From assembly GCF_009914755.1 (NCBI RefSeq), contig NC_060929.1: DNA of 64,000 nt; one strand, 5' to 3'. Below, one piece after another: positions 14,082 to 36,236 of this stretch. The stretch is from the human T2T-CHM13v2.0 reference genome, Homo sapiens. The notes beneath the pieces are model-generated. The model worked only from the letters and a program-made list of their open reading frames with translations. It did not search any database and had not been told where the DNA came from. Position 1 is the first letter of the stretch; each line of letters opens with the position of its first letter. A program made the translations under genes and the position numbers.

Positions 14082-15233
14082 GTAAGCAGTGTGACAGGCA
14101 GTGAGAAAAACAGTCTACTATTAGCGGAAATCTCCAACAGTCAGACTTTCTTTTTTGGTTTGTGTCTTTCCAAGGTAGTTAGCAAGAGCCCAGGAACCAA
14201 GACTTAAGATGATTAGTGAAAACAGAATTAGAGACATACGATTGAGGCCTTTTGAGAGAAAAAAGTACAGTATACTTGGCTGTCTATGGGGACTAGGGAA
14301 ATGGAAAATAAATTGGAAGACTGCAGCCACCATTATTTAAAAATTCAAAGGTACGAAATGAAGGGAGGGCAGCTATTTTAACTATTTCAGTGCTTAAATG
14401 CAATTCTATAGAATTTTAAAGCAGGAAAGAAGTTTAGAGGTCTCTGAGTTGAGATGCTTTATTTGATGGATAAGGAAACTGGTTCTCACAGCAATTCAAT
14501 TCATGGGAACATAGTTTGCCTCAGAAGCTCTGGGAATTATTCCTGCTTTCACTTCTAAGCTATACTTCTTCCTTTATGCCAAGATGCATGTATTTGGATG
14601 ATTTATACACTCACAGTTTTCATTGAGAGAGCAACTATAATACTTCTCTGAAATTGCCCAGTTGACCTTATAATTTGCATAGACTGGCAGAAATTCAAAT
14701 ATTCTCCATATAAATATTAACAAAGATGTAGCTAAAAGAGAAAATCTGGCAATAAGCTAATTGGGCTTAAAATATGTCATTGTGGATATGGCTTAGCACC
14801 AAATTACATGTCACTTAGCCATCCTGTTTCATGAGTTGCCCTTTGTAAACTATGTGTTTAGAAGGGAGGTATCCAGACAGGGAAGGGTATGGGTTGCAGC
14901 TCTAATGTTATCTCTGGTGCTGAGTTTTTCACAGCAATAATTTAAAGTTTTTACCCTAAAACAAGAGATGAAGAAAGACCTTGCAAATAAAGAAATGTGT
15001 GTATCATTTTTTTTAAAGCTTTTCATTTTTAAAAGCCACTCTCATAGGTGCCTTAAAGGAAGGGTGGCTTTGTATTTTATATTAAAAATTTAGTTTGCTT
15101 TTTAATTATATTTCCATTTTTTTAACCAGAAAATTAATATTATGTATTACTGATAGAACATTTAATACTAAAGGGAAAAAATCATTGCATTGTATATTAT
15201 AAAGTATTTTATGTCAGCCACAGGCAGATGATT

Positions 15234-21094
<5,861 letters not shown>

Positions 21095-22100
21095 TGATTC
21101 TTATCTAGCACAATTGTCCTAAGAATTACCTTGTGAAATTTTGTTATTTTGGAAAATGTTATCTTTTCTATATTTCTCTAGAATTTAATGCAAATTATGT
21201 ATATGCATTTCTTTAATCAGAACTTGTATGCCAGCAATCATGTTCATAATAATATTTCTAATAGGTAATCATTGTACTTAATACTAAAGCATTTTTAAAA
21301 AGCATGGAAAAGCAAAAATTTGTTTTATTCTTGGTAAACAGGTCTTTAGCAATGTCTTGCTTTTTGGTAGTTTTTGTTTTGCTAATCCTTTTTTCAAAAT
21401 GCCACTTCTTCTTAAAAGCCAAAGCAATTGTTTAAAAATCAAATATGTCAGGAGGTCATGTTAGTTCTTTACCCTGTTCACACTTGCCCAACCCCAGTAG
21501 GAACCAGGAAAGTAGAATTGCTACTCATAGGTGAACTTATGAGATTTGTTTCTCTTTACTGAAGTTGTATGCAGTGGAAACTGTAATGTGTTTGAAATAT
21601 GCCTGAAGTGTCAGGTAATTCTTTACACATATGTGCAGTATTTTAAAAGTACCAGATTTCCTACTCATCACTTTAGAATTTGTTTTAAAAATGTGTATCA
21701 GGCACTGTAGGAAATCTCAAATGGAAATATATATCATTATCCAAGTATTTGTCTAAACTTAGACACCTGGGGTGTTTTATTATTATCCATCATCCAGTTG
21801 GCATGAAAGAAGGGGCAAGAAATCTGTGATAAAGAATGTCAGGATATTGTTTTGACAGATAAAAAATGAACTCTTTGAATTAGCAAATAAATGAAAATAA
21901 TTCTTCTTAATTGTCCTACTATCTTTAGAGTGAAGAAATTAGCATACGTATTTTATCAACAGTTGTTTATAAAATGGAGTGGAACTTTAAGAGACAATTG
22001 TACTGCTGCTACTTCTTATAAATGAAAATCCTAGGCATTTTAAATCTGTGTTTGGTTTCTTTATCTTCACATATAGGCAATTTTTTTCTATATTTCTTAG

Positions 22101-22183
22101 ATCCCAGCGTTTGAATTTTGATGTATCATCTCCTAATGGAATTCTTCTCTTCAGAGAAGCTAGTAAAATGGTTTGCACTTATG
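22101..22183 (+). CDS. RANBP17: RANBP17 coding exon D (83 nt)
   Basis: TTTCTTAG acceptor; encodes (R)[27 protein letters not shown](G); donor G|GTGAGT. Confidence 0.93.
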
Positions 22184-22977
22184 GTGAGTGTCCTTTTCCA
22201 TATGTGCCTCTGCAATATAGTTTTATCTCTTTAGAGGAAAGAAAGATGTTAGTTATTTTGTTCTTTTGAACTTTCATATCTTTATGAATTTGTGAAGTCG
22301 GTAATACAAGTGCAAAAAGCCAGTTAGCTATCATATTGGCATCAGGAGAAGTAAGCAGCATGCCTTTGACTAAATCATGCCTGACCAACTTGATGAATTT
22401 CTTTTGGATAAAATTGCAGTGTCAGTAGATGAGGGAATACACTAGGTAGAATATTGAAAAGTTACAGCATATTCAAAATTGCTCAAAGTTACATCAGGGA
22501 GTTTGCTATGTTGAACCAAGGAATGCTTAAAGCAGAATGTCACTGAATTGTGGGAAAATATCCTTGTAAAGAGCAGTAAATATTTCATTATGAAGAACTT
22601 TTGGGTACTGCGCCTCTAGAAGCAGAGTTCTACAGGAAAGATTGTCCTATTCAATTAAAGTCCAAAATAGTATTTGGTTAGCAGTTTGGGCCTTAAAACT
22701 ATAATAAACTCTAATAATTGCCAATTCTGACACTGTCATCAATGAAATTCTCTACTCTCTGAGACCTTTATGTAGATAAGGAATGGAGATGGGATGGATA
22801 AAAATCCTCTGTAATCTAATTTGGCACACAGTGACTGAATGGCAACTGAGCTGGGCTCTGTGCAATGCACTTCTCCTTGAGGAATGTTTCCCTGTGTCCT
22901 TTTTTTCCCTCTCTGTTCTTTCCCAAATCTACAGCAAACTGTTAAGTAAATTTAGTCTGTAAAGTTGCCTGTTATTC

Positions 22978-23272
<295 letters not shown>

Positions 23273-23636
23273 TGATTCTAATATTTGGGTACCCAGAAAC
23301 AAATTGTACAAAATTTTGTAAAATCTCTTTATTTTAATTCTGTATGTGTTTGTGTATGTATGTAAGAACAACCAATAGAAGCCTTGTCACTTTTTTTAAA
23401 GTAAAAGCCTATTTTAAAAAGAAAAAAATGGGTGTTTTAAGTTGTTTTTACCTCATTTCAGAACACATTCTGGGGATCTGAGCTGTATACATTGTAGGCC
23501 TCCATTAAAAATACTTCATTTTAATTGCACATCTGATTTGTAGAATTTGAGATTTTTTCATGTGTAAAAACTAGAGAAAGCACCTGTATAGGACAGTAAA
23601 CTTGTACTCTCTTATTTTCATCTGTACCAGTAACTA

Positions 23637-24049
<413 letters not shown>

Positions 24050-24149
24050 TTAAAAAATTTTCTAAATACAATTTGCCATACTTTTTGTATATATCTAATT
24101 CCATTCTATGTTTTATCATATAAGATGTGTGTCTGGACCTTTTTTCAAA

Positions 24150-24390
24150 AACAGCATGGTATATTAGAAAAAGCACAGTTTTCAGATTTGCAAGATCTCA
24201 GTACTAATCCTGTTACCAATACTTACCGACTTCATGACCTTCAGCTAAAATACTATATATACCTCTTTGTGGCTAGTTTTCTTTTGTATAAAATTAGGAC
24301 TACTAAATACCTACTGACTTATCTGCCTAGTTGGGATTAAGAAGGCTAATTGAGCTATTCTGGTAAAAGGCCTGGCACAGGAGGTAACAT
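24150..24390 (+). mobile_element. MIR remnant
   Basis: CAGCATGGTATATTAGAAAAAGCAC..GTAAAAGGCCTGGCACAGGAGGTA. Confidence 0.65.
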
Positions 24391-27185
24391 GGAAGAGTTA
24401 CTCGCTGTTTATGCCTCTCCTTCCAAAGCCTTTCTCTTATACTCACCAACCCAGCCTTCTTTGGACAGGGGTTCAACAACCCACATCATTGTTTTGCTCA
24501 GCAGTGTTTCCTGTTTGGACCACACTGCCCTGCTTCCTCTGCCTGTAGCCAGTGATTAGTTTTTATTTCCTCTCTTATTTAAAGGAAATAAACAGCATAT
24601 ATGTATAAGAATCTCTTAGTAATCAGTAGAACTTTAACTATGCATATGTTAGATTCCTGTTACCAGTCACAGTTGTGTCATTCCTACCCCTTTTTCTGGA
24701 TCTTTCTTTTCACTAAATATATTTTTTCCTTTAGGGTTTATTTACTGTTGCACTAGGGCTGTTAAGGGAAGTGAGCTTCCTCTTCCAGTGTCACTGACTT
24801 TCTAGGACAGAATGTATGTCCAGTAAGTGACACCAAAAGGATTCTCACAGAATAATGCCAAATCTATGGGCTTCAAAGGTTGTTCTGTTCTCTGTTGGGT
24901 TGTCTGACATAGAAAAAGGCATTGCAGCAAAAGTTGAGAAAAATAACTATGTGAGGATTATGTCGGAGGAGGAGGAAGAGGAGACAGAAGAGAAAGGAAA
25001 TGAAGGGATAGGAGAAGTGAAGTGGAGTGGGGGAAGAGACAAAACGTCCAGAGCATTCTTGCAAAGAAAAGCCAGTAAGGAGTTTTCTTACACGGAAGAA
25101 AGATGAGATTAGAGTAAGGCTCTGCTCCTCAATTTAGACTAATAGTATTGGTAGCTTTCACTTTGTTATAAGCTTTTATAGTCCTATATTAGACCATTTA
25201 CCATACATTACCCTGTTGAATCCTCAAGGTAGGTATTATATGCTACTCACTAGTTAATATGACCTTGGTTAAGTTGTAAGCCTCTCTTGCTTCAGTTTCT
25301 TGTTAGAGAAAATACTTCATGCCTCAAAGACATGGTTGTGAGAATTCAGTTAGGTAATGTATGGAAAGCCCTTAGACTAGTTAACGACTGTGATTACTGT
25401 TGTGAAGAAATTGAAGCTCACAGAGGTTAAAAAAAATTGCCAAATATTACATAGCTAGCAAGTAGCTGAATTGGAATTTCATTCAGTCATACTGACAGTG
25501 GTCTTTTCATATTCTTTACTGCCTCTTGGGAGTTGCCAAAGTAAGATTTTACCATGGATATTTATGATGAAGCACTGTTCTTTAAAGTATGGTGATTTCT
25601 ATCTCAAAACTTAAAGGAAATCAAAGTTTCAATGAAAAAAATGTCCTTCAACTGGGTCACCAGTGACTTTGACAGTGACTTTGATACATGCACTTTACAT
25701 AGAATAATAGAAAAATGTTTCTTAACCTCTACTGATTCTCTTGCTGGTCCACATCAGCCATCTGATTTGTCTGTCTTTACCTTCTGTAATGTTTTATTAC
25801 CCAGGCTTTTACCTCTGGAAATTCTAATATACACATTGGAGGAAGATCATGTAGTTGCCATTCAGGAGTCTAGAAGATGAGGGAAAGAGTGACTGGGAGG
25901 GCACAGAAGAGCCAGCACTGTTTATCTCTTTGGTAAGCCCAGGTGAAGGAAAGGGAAGCCAGTGGAGGAAAGAGGCCAGAACATTCTGTGATCCCTTCTG
26001 TTTCCATCCTCACTGGGTTCTTCTCTGATCACCTCTCCTGAGCAGTTTTTGGTTATGATCAGGGCGGTGCAGAGAGGGAAGGAAGCATTTCCAAATGCAA
26101 CTGACTTGTTATGTATTTTGTGAAATACCTCCGCCTCACTGCTCTGTGAGACTGGCAGAAAAATAATACTTTTGATATGCTGTTTTATTTATCTACAGTC
26201 TGTCATGATATACTTTGATGTAAGTTTTTAATTTTGCTTCAGCTCTCAGCTCCTCTTGCCGTTACAGCTCAGGGTCAGCAATGAGGTTAGCCACAGTAGC
26301 ACAAAACAATTTCCTGTTTGTACAGCCCAGGTAACATTTGGATGAGGATTAAATTTTACCACATTTTCTACTAGCCCAAGCCTATTATTTCTAATGAGTT
26401 TTAAATTGCTTCAAGAACATGTATTTCAAAACTTAGTGCTACGATCCGTTCAGCCTGAGCAACTTAATAAAAGAAATTTCTTTCTTAAATTTTTGGTTAA
26501 AATGTTGCATGCAGTGTAATAAATGTTATTACTTTGGAAACCTACTTCTCAGTTTTAAGAACTGGATGATTTTTATGTTCAATTTCCATTTGTCTAATCT
26601 TTCCTTCTCTTTGCCTCTGGGTCCTGGTATCTTTAGTGACATCTGTTGGTTGAAGAGTGCACAGAAGGGAGAAATAATGATTGTTTTCATAAGACTGGCC
26701 AAAATAGAACTGCCTTCATTCTTTCCTTAGGTACCTGATTTAAGAACGCAATATATAAAGATTCTAAACTTTAAAAATGGATAGTACAAGCTATGATTAT
26801 TCACTGTCATAAGAATTTACATCAGGATCCTTTTAAGCAGTGTATGCTCTGGGTGTATGTAAGGTATAACTTAATATGCATAAATTGAATTTGTAAAGTG
26901 TTATACAAGCCACTGTTATTCGTCACCACCTAGATAATAGGCCATTGGTTTTCACCCTTGGTTTTGCAGAGCTGTAGAGGCCTGTGAAAGTGCCACAGCA
27001 GCCCTCCAGAAAAAGGGGGAAAGAGGACCACTTTGCCACCTTGACCAGAACCACCCAGCTATGTAGTTACACTAGACTTGTTCGTAAAAGCTATCACCTG
27101 TTAGGACTTTTTTTAAAAAAGAGGCTGAAAATCACTTGCATGTACTATTAGAAGTGTTGTAAGAATGGAAGATTAAGATTGTATA

Positions 27186-29364
27186 CAGGCATACTTCTTT
27201 TTGTTGTACTTTGCAGATACTGTGTTTTTTATAAATTGAAGGTTTGGAGCAACCCTGCATGGAGCAAGTATATCAGTGCCAGCATATGATTTCTTTGTGT
27301 CTCTGAGTCATATTAATAAATGTGTATTCTGACTGCTCTGCTTTGGCCATTCCCCATCTCTTCCCTTCTCCTCCCCACTCCCTATTCTCTGACACAGCAA
27401 TATTGAAATCAGGCCAATGAATAACCCTACAATGGCCTACAAGTATTCAAGTGAAAGTAAGAGTTGTACATGTCTCACTTTAAATCAAAAGCTAGAAATG
27501 ATTAAGCTTAGCGAAGAAGGCATGTCAAATGCTGAGACAGGTCAAAAGCTAGGCCTCTTGCACCAAACAGCCAAGTGGTGAATGCAAAGGAAAAGCTCTT
27601 GAAAGAAATTAAAAATTCTACACTAGCAAACACACAAATGATAAAAAAGTGAAACAACCTTATTGCTGACATGGAGAAGGTTTTAGTAGTCTGAGATCAA
27701 ACCAGTCATAATATTCCCTTAAGGCAAAGCCTAATCCAGAGCAAGGCTCTAACTCTCTTCACTTCTGTGAAGGCTAAGAGAGGTGAGGAGGCTACAGAAG
27801 AAAAGTTGGAAGCTAGCAGAGGTTGGTTCATGAGGTTTACAGAAAAAGGCCACCTCCATAACATCAAAGTGCAAGGTGAAGCAGCAAGTGCTGATGGAGA
27901 AGCTGCAGCGAGTTATCATGAAGATCTAGCTAAGATTCATTTTGATGAAGGTGGCTACACTAAACAACATTTTTCACGGAGACAAAATGCTATTGGAAGA
28001 AGATGCCATCTAGGACTTTCACAGCTAGCGAGGTGTAAAGTCAATGCTTGGCTTCAAAGGACAGACTGAGTCTCTTGTTAGGGGTTAATGCTGACGGTGA
28101 CTTGAAGTTGAAGCCAATGCTCAATTTACCATTTTGAAAATCCTAGGGCCCTTAAGAATTATGCTAAATCTACTCTGCATGTGCTCTAGAAGTATAGCAA
28201 CAAAGACTGGATGACGGCACATCTGTTTACAGCATGCTTTACTGACCACTTTAAGCCCACTGTTGAAGCCTACTGCTCAGAAAAAGATCCCTTTCAAAAG
28301 GTTACTGCTCACTGACAGTGCACCTCGTCACCCAGGAGCTCTGATGGAGATGTACAAGGAGATTAATGTTGTTTTCATGTCTGCTAACACAACATGCATT
28401 CTGCAGCCCATGGATCAAGGAGTAATTTTGACTTTCAAGTCGTATTATATCAGAAATACATTCTGTAAGGCTGTAGCTGCCATAGATAGTGATTCCTCTG
28501 ATGGATCTGGGCAAAGTAAATTGAAAGCCTTCCAGAAAGGATTCACTATTCTAGATGCCATCAAGAACATTTGTGATTCACAGGAGGAGGTGAAAATCAA
28601 TATTTAGCGGGAGTTTGGAAGAAGTTGATTCCAACCCTCATGGGTGACTTTGAAGAGTTCAAGACTTCAGGGGAGAAATTAACTGCAGATGTGGTTGAAA
28701 CAGCAAGAGACCTATAATTAGAAGTGGAGACTGAAGATGTGACTGAACTGCTGCAGTCTCATGATAAAACTTGAATGGATGAGGAGTTGCTTCTTCTGGA
28801 TGACCAAAGAAAGTGGTGTCTTGAGATGGAATCTACTTGTGGCAAAAAGCTTTAAAATATGACATAACCTTAGTTGATAAAGTGGCAGCAGAGTTTGAGA
28901 GGATTGACTCCAATTTTTAAAGAAGTTCTCCTGTGGGTCAAATGCTAACAAACAGCATTGTATGCTACAGAGAAATCTTTTGTGAAAGGAAGTCAATTGA
29001 TGCAGCAGATTTCATTGTTGTCTTATTTTAAGAAATTGCCACAGCCACCTCAACCTTTGGCCACTACCCTGATCAGTCAGCAGCTATCAACATCAAGACC
29101 AGCCTTCCACCAGGAAAACGATTACAACTCACTGAAGGCTCAGATGATTGCTAGCAATTTTTAGCAATAAAACATTTTTAATTATGATATATACATTATT
29201 ATTTTAGAAACAAGGTTGTTGCACACTTAACAGACTACAGTACAGTGTAAACTTTTATATGCACTGAGAAACCAGAAAAAAAAAAGTGTGACTAACTTTA
29301 TTGGGATATTTGCTTTATTGTAGTGGTCTGGAACTGAACTCACAATATTTCCAAAGTGTGCCTA
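27186..29364 (+). mobile_element. Tigger1 (pogo-like TcMar DNA transposon), near full length, dead transposase
   Basis: TA-flanked termini CAGGCATAC.. / ..GTGTGCCTA; transposase starts at 27432 (MAYKYSSESKSCTCLTLNQKLEMIKLSEEG); ORF fragments ASRGWFMRF and LQPMDQGVI. Confidence 0.93.
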
Positions 29365-29713
29365 TAGTTATGTATAAATGATACTTATGTATAAATGATT
29401 ACAAGAAGATAGCTAAATAATTCATTGGTCTTGAAATAACTAGAGAGTTAATAAAATATCACCAAAAAATAACAGTTCTCGAGAGAATAGATTGTCCAGG
29501 AACTATGGATATGGTCTTCGATCTTGTCAGTTGGTTAAGGCATATAATAACAAAGTAGCAGAGTAAGGTTCACAGAAGTCTTGTGGACACAGTGGAATGA
29601 TCAACACCTTGGGATCCCAAAATCAGGATCAGGTGGCTTACAAAGCAAGGCCTTCAGGATGATAGCTGAACACATGCTTAGATTTCAGTGGATTCCTTCA
29701 TCCATGCACCTAA

Positions 29714-30620
<907 letters not shown>

Positions 30621-30781
30621 TCAGAAGTTTTAGAAGGGCATTTAAAGAAGAGAATAGATTTTACAAAGCACATAAATATAGAACAGCCTGGTTGGTTAGG
30701 AAACTTAAGGAATTTCAAAATTGCTGAAGACTAAAGCTAATGTTAAGGAGCTTTAGGCAGTGAGAGACGCCCAGTTAGTTA

Positions 30782-31128
<347 letters not shown>

Positions 31129-31268
31129 TTATCCTTAAAGATATACATTCTTTAAGGAAAATACTGGATGGTATGACCATATTTACATTTTTGAGAAACC
31201 ACTTTGATAGCGTTGTGGTAGGTGAATTATTTGGTGTAAAGCTAGAAGAGAGAGGAACAGAATTAGGC

Positions 31269-31591
31269 TTTTTTTGGTTTTGTTTTGTTTTTTTGTTGAG
31301 ACAAGATCTCACTCTGTCACCCAGGCTGGAGTGCAGTGTCATGATCATAATTCACTGAACCCTCGAAGTCCTGGGCTCAGGTTATCCTCCTGCCTCAACT
31401 TCCTGAGTAGCTGGGACTACAGGCACGTACCACCATGCCTGGCTTTTTTTTTTTTTTTTTTGTAATTTTAAGTCGAGATAGGGCCTCACTATGTTGCCCA
31501 GGCTTTTCTCAAAACTCCTTACCTCAAGCAATCCTCCGCACTCAGCCTCCCAAAGTCCTTGGATCACAGGCTTGAGCCACCACGCCTGGCC
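31269..31591 (-). mobile_element. Alu (AluJ-like)
   Basis: Diverged antisense dimer. Confidence 0.9.
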
Positions 31592-33401
31592 AGAATTGTT
31601 ATTTAAATTAGCATACAATCTTAGTAGACATAAAATTATGTCTACCTTTCCTATCTCAACATGATTCCCTCCTATATGATAATGTGATTTTACAAAATTT
31701 ATATTATCACACAAAGAAAAGTATACCAGTTCTTGGGAATTTATAGAATCTTGTGTACTGTTTTGTACCAAATACTACTCTAAGACTATACGTAGGATCC
31801 TTGCCATCTTCAATATAGTTTTCTTTTTGTTAATATTCAGTCTAGGACAAGACATTCCCCAATACCTAATTCTATTGTTTGCACATGAGATCACTCAAGA
31901 AGTGGTTGCATCTGACTGAGAGACTAGAAGTAGGTTTTGCTGGTAGCTACCAGTTAACAATTGTGCGTCTAGTTGAAATTCCTTTCAACAAATAAGAAAA
32001 AATACATAATTATTTCAAAATAAACTCTGTAAGCTTTAAATACGGGGAATTTATTTTTTTTCTTTTTCGGTTACTTGGTATGGCTCCATGGAAAAGCAAG
32101 AATTATAAAAATGTCCCTAACCTTTATAAACTCATTTCTATTTTTCTTCTAATGTTGGAAATGATCTAATAATGGAAATAATCTAATGATAGAGGACAGC
32201 TAACTACAGCTAAAGATCCTTGATGTTACATTATTCATAATAGTGAAAAATGGGAAAACAAACAAAATGCTACAAATAGCAAAATGCTTGAAATAACATA
32301 GAAGGATATATCAGTTCAATGGAATAAATTGCAACCATTAAAAATTATCTTTTAAGATTACCTAGCTTATGGGAAATACAAATAATACCATGTAAAGGTA
32401 GAATTCAAATTTCACCTATGCTCTAGGTAATGTTAGACTTCTATATATGTGGCAACAGTTGAAAGAAAACAGAAACTTCAAAATAGTTTGAAATATTGAG
32501 GTTAAAAGTTAATGTTTTTAAGATTTTTATATCTACTAATATGCTTATAAAATAACCTATACAAAATCTTTTATTCAAAAAAGGTAGTGAATCATACTTA
32601 AATTTGTAATTAAATTATTGGACAACATTACTCTTGAGAGTTCAGAAACAAAATTACATCAGTGCTGAAATTCCATCTTCTATGTCAGCAACTTATGCTG
32701 TAAAGTTAAGGAAGGTATGGAACCACCATAAGCATACAGCCTGGGGTCCACTTGTACTACCATGTCTTTTTCTATCATGTTTTTCTGTACCTATCACTTT
32801 CTTTCTCATCTTTTTTCATGCAAAATAATTTCTTTTCTTTTTTTTCTTTTCTCTAACTATAAAATAATATACCCATGGGGGGGAAAAATCCAGCAATGTT
32901 ATTTCAAAATAAATTCTGTAAGCTTTAAATTTTCCATTTTTCACTTGGTACAGGAAAAGAAAACCCCCCCATTCATCACCCAAAGTTAACCATTATTAAC
33001 AGTTTAGTGTATGTGCCCTTCTATGCTTTTTATGTGTACATATACACATATTTTCCCAAAAGTGATATCATAATATACTTGCTAGTCTGTAATTTGTTGG
33101 TTTTTATTTATATTATGGTCATTGTTCTATGTTAACATATATAAATCTACCTCATCTTTTTAAATAGCTGCAAAATATTCCATTTTATAGTCATACTATA
33201 ATTTATTAATCGCCTTTAGCTGAACATCTGCTTTTCCATTATCATACATAGTGCTTCAGTCAATAACTTTGTACATTCAGCTTTGTGAGTTTCAGTCATT
33301 CATTCAACAAATGTGTAATAAGAACAGCAGTTGCTGTTCCAGGTTCTTTGGATACCTCAGTGGGCAAACCAAAAAAGAAATTAACTAGTAATTAGAAGGT
33401 A

Positions 33402-33525
33402 GACTGGGCGCAGCTGCTCATGCCTGTAGTCCTAGCACTTTGGGAGGCTGATGCAGGATTGCTTGAGCCCAGGAGTTTGAGACTAACCTGGGCATCACTG
33501 TGAGACCCCGTCTCTATAAAAAAAA
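33402..33525 (+). mobile_element. FLAM-like Alu monomer
   Basis: Single monomer + A tail; TSD AATTAGAA. Confidence 0.85.
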
Positions 33526-33609
33526 TTAGAAAAGTAAAAGAAGGTAATAAGTGCTATTAAAAAAGAAAGAAAGAAAATAGATTAGGATAAGGGGGCATCT
33601 AAGTCCCAG

Positions 33610-34411
33610 AGAGTGAAACAACAGAAACTCTTAATTCACTGCTGGTAGAATGCAGAATGGCGCAGCCACTTTAGAAGACAGTTTGGCAGCTTCTTATGAA
33701 ACTAAACACAGTCATTGTACGATCCAGTAATCATGCCCCTTGGTATTTATCCAAAGGCATCGAAAACTTACGGTCACACAAAAACATGCACACTGATACT
33801 TATAGCAGCTTTATTCTCAATTGCTAAAACTGATTTTTTTCAATAGGTGAGTGGATAAATAAACAACAGTACACCCAGACAATGGAATGTTATTCAGCAC
33901 TAAAAAAAAATAAATAAAGCTAGAAAACTACAAAAAGATATGTAGGAACTGCAGTCCTCTTACTGAGTGAAAGAAGCCAATCTGAAAAGCCTTACATACT
34001 GTATAATCCCAACTACGTGACATTCTGGAAAAGGGAAAACTATGAAGACAGTAAAAGCTCAGTGGCTGCCAGTGGTTAGGGGACAGTGAAGGATGAATAG
34101 GCAGAGCAGAGGATTTGGAGGCATTGAAACTCTGTGTGATACTATAATGGTGGATGCATATTCATTATACATTTGTCCAAACCCATAAAAGGTACACCAC
34201 CAACAGTGAACGCTGATGTAAACTATGACATTGACTGATAATGATATGTCAATATAGGTCCAGATTGTAACAAATGCACCACTCTAGTGGGGGATGTTGA
34301 TAGTAGGGAAGCTGTGCATGTGTGGGGGCAGGAGATGTATGGTAATCGCTGTACCTCTCTCTCAGCTTTGCTGTGATCCTTAAACTCCTTATTGTAAAAA
34401 AAAAAAAAAAA
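33610..34411 (+). mobile_element. 5'-truncated old L1 3' end (L1MC-like) inserted in L2
   Basis: GCAGCCACTTTAGAAGACAGTTTGGCAG..TGTAACAAATGCACCACTCTAGTGGGGGATGTTGATAGT..poly-A. Confidence 0.85.
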
Positions 34412-34429
34412 TACACACACACATCTTAA

Positions 34430-35900
34430 GTACCAGGGATTTAGGGACATGTTGCATTATTAGAGTGGTCAAGGTAGGTCTCATTGAAAATATGACATTT
34501 GAGTAAAGACTTCCAGTAAATGAGGGAGTTAGTCACGTGGATTCCTTGAAGACCAGTCTAGGCTGAGGAAACAGCAAGTGGTAGAGTCTTAAGGCGGGAG
34601 TGTATCTAGCTTGTCTGAAGGGCAGCAAGGAGGTCAGTAGCTGAAGCAGATTGAACAAAAGGGAGAGTAGTAACAAGAACAGTATCATATAAGGCCTGTA
34701 GCCCACTAACATCACTTTGACTTTAACTCTAAATAAAATAGAGGGCCTCTAGAACATATTGAGCACAGGAATGACATGACCTGACCTAAGTTTTTAAAAA
34801 ATTACTCACGCTGCTATATTAAGGATAGACTATAGAGGATTAAAGTTATAAGCAGGGAAGTCAGATAGGACAATATTGCAGTAATTCAGGCAAAGTTTGA
34901 TACTGGCTTTGAACAAAGTAATAGCAGTGGGAGTGGTCAGATTCTGGATATATTATGAAAGTAAGACAAATCAAATTTCTTGATTCATTGGGCAAATGGT
35001 AGGACAGAAAAAATGTAGTCAAGAGATTTGAGCACAAGCAACTAGAAAGAAGTAGTTGCCATCAACTGAGATGGAGAAGGCTAAGATGGGTGTGGGGGAC
35101 CAAAGTTCCCTTTTGGTTATGTTGAATTTGAGATGTCCATTAATACCCAAGTAGAGATGTTGAATGCCAATATGGATTTTTGATTCTGGAGTTTGGAAAA
35201 TAGGTCTAGGGAGTCCTTTGACTCATAGATGATATTTAAAGCGCAGAACTAGGTAAGAACTAGGAATGAGTGTGCATGCTTCAGCACACCTACTACAACT
35301 AGGGGTGAGTGTAAATATAGAGGAAGACTTAGGTTTGAGCTCTGGTGCACTCCAATGTTGGAAGGTAAGAAAGAAGGAACTGGCAAAGAAGAGTGAGAAG
35401 GAGCAAACACTGAAGAAAATCGAGAGAATGTGTCTTGGAAGACGAGGTAGTCACCTATGACCTATCGAAAGCTGCCAGTCAATCAAGTAAGATGAAGGCT
35501 AAGAGTCAGCCATTACATTTAGCAACCAGAAGTCACTAGTAACCTTGAAAAGAGCACTTTGAGTGGAGCGGGCATAAAAGAGAATGAGAAGAGAAGAAAT
35601 GGAAACAATGAATTGAGCAATATCTAGCAGGGGAAGTAAGGCCAAGAGAAGTTTTTGCATGTGTCTTTTTTTTTTTTTTTTCATGGAAGAGACAGTAGTG
35701 TGACTTGTATGCTGATGAGAATGAGCCAATAGCAAACAAACAAACAAACAAGATTGCATATAGAGAAGGGCAAAAATTGTTGGTGCCTTGTCTTTAAGCA
35801 CATAAGAGAGAGGAGATGGGAACTAGTTGGACATGTTGAGGGATTGACTTTTACTAAAGACAGTATATGTGAGTGCAAATGCTAGTAGAAAGGTATAAAT
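34430..35900 (-). mobile_element. L2 body (continues from about 33290-33600)
   Basis: Purine-rich antisense L2 motifs (GTCAGATTCTGGATATATT, GTTGAATTTGAGATGTCCATTA, GATGATATTTAAAGC); CATTCATTCAACAAAT tail near 33297. Confidence 0.75.
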
Positions 35901-35921
35901 GGTAGGGAATATTAGTATTAG

Positions 35922-36236
<315 letters not shown>

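Noticed and set aside
15032-15071. 11-bp stem with 18-nt loop (AAAGCCACTCT / AGGGTGGCTTT)
   Set aside because: Too short for a pre-miRNA or structured RNA; plausible by chance in 64 kb.
24960-25040. Acidic EEEEEETEE ORF segment
   Set aside because: Low-complexity purine-rich intronic sequence.
25661-25685. Short tandem duplications (also about 18910-18943 and 44338-44358)
   Set aside because: Ordinary slippage events; no regular repeat-spacer array, nothing CRISPR-like.
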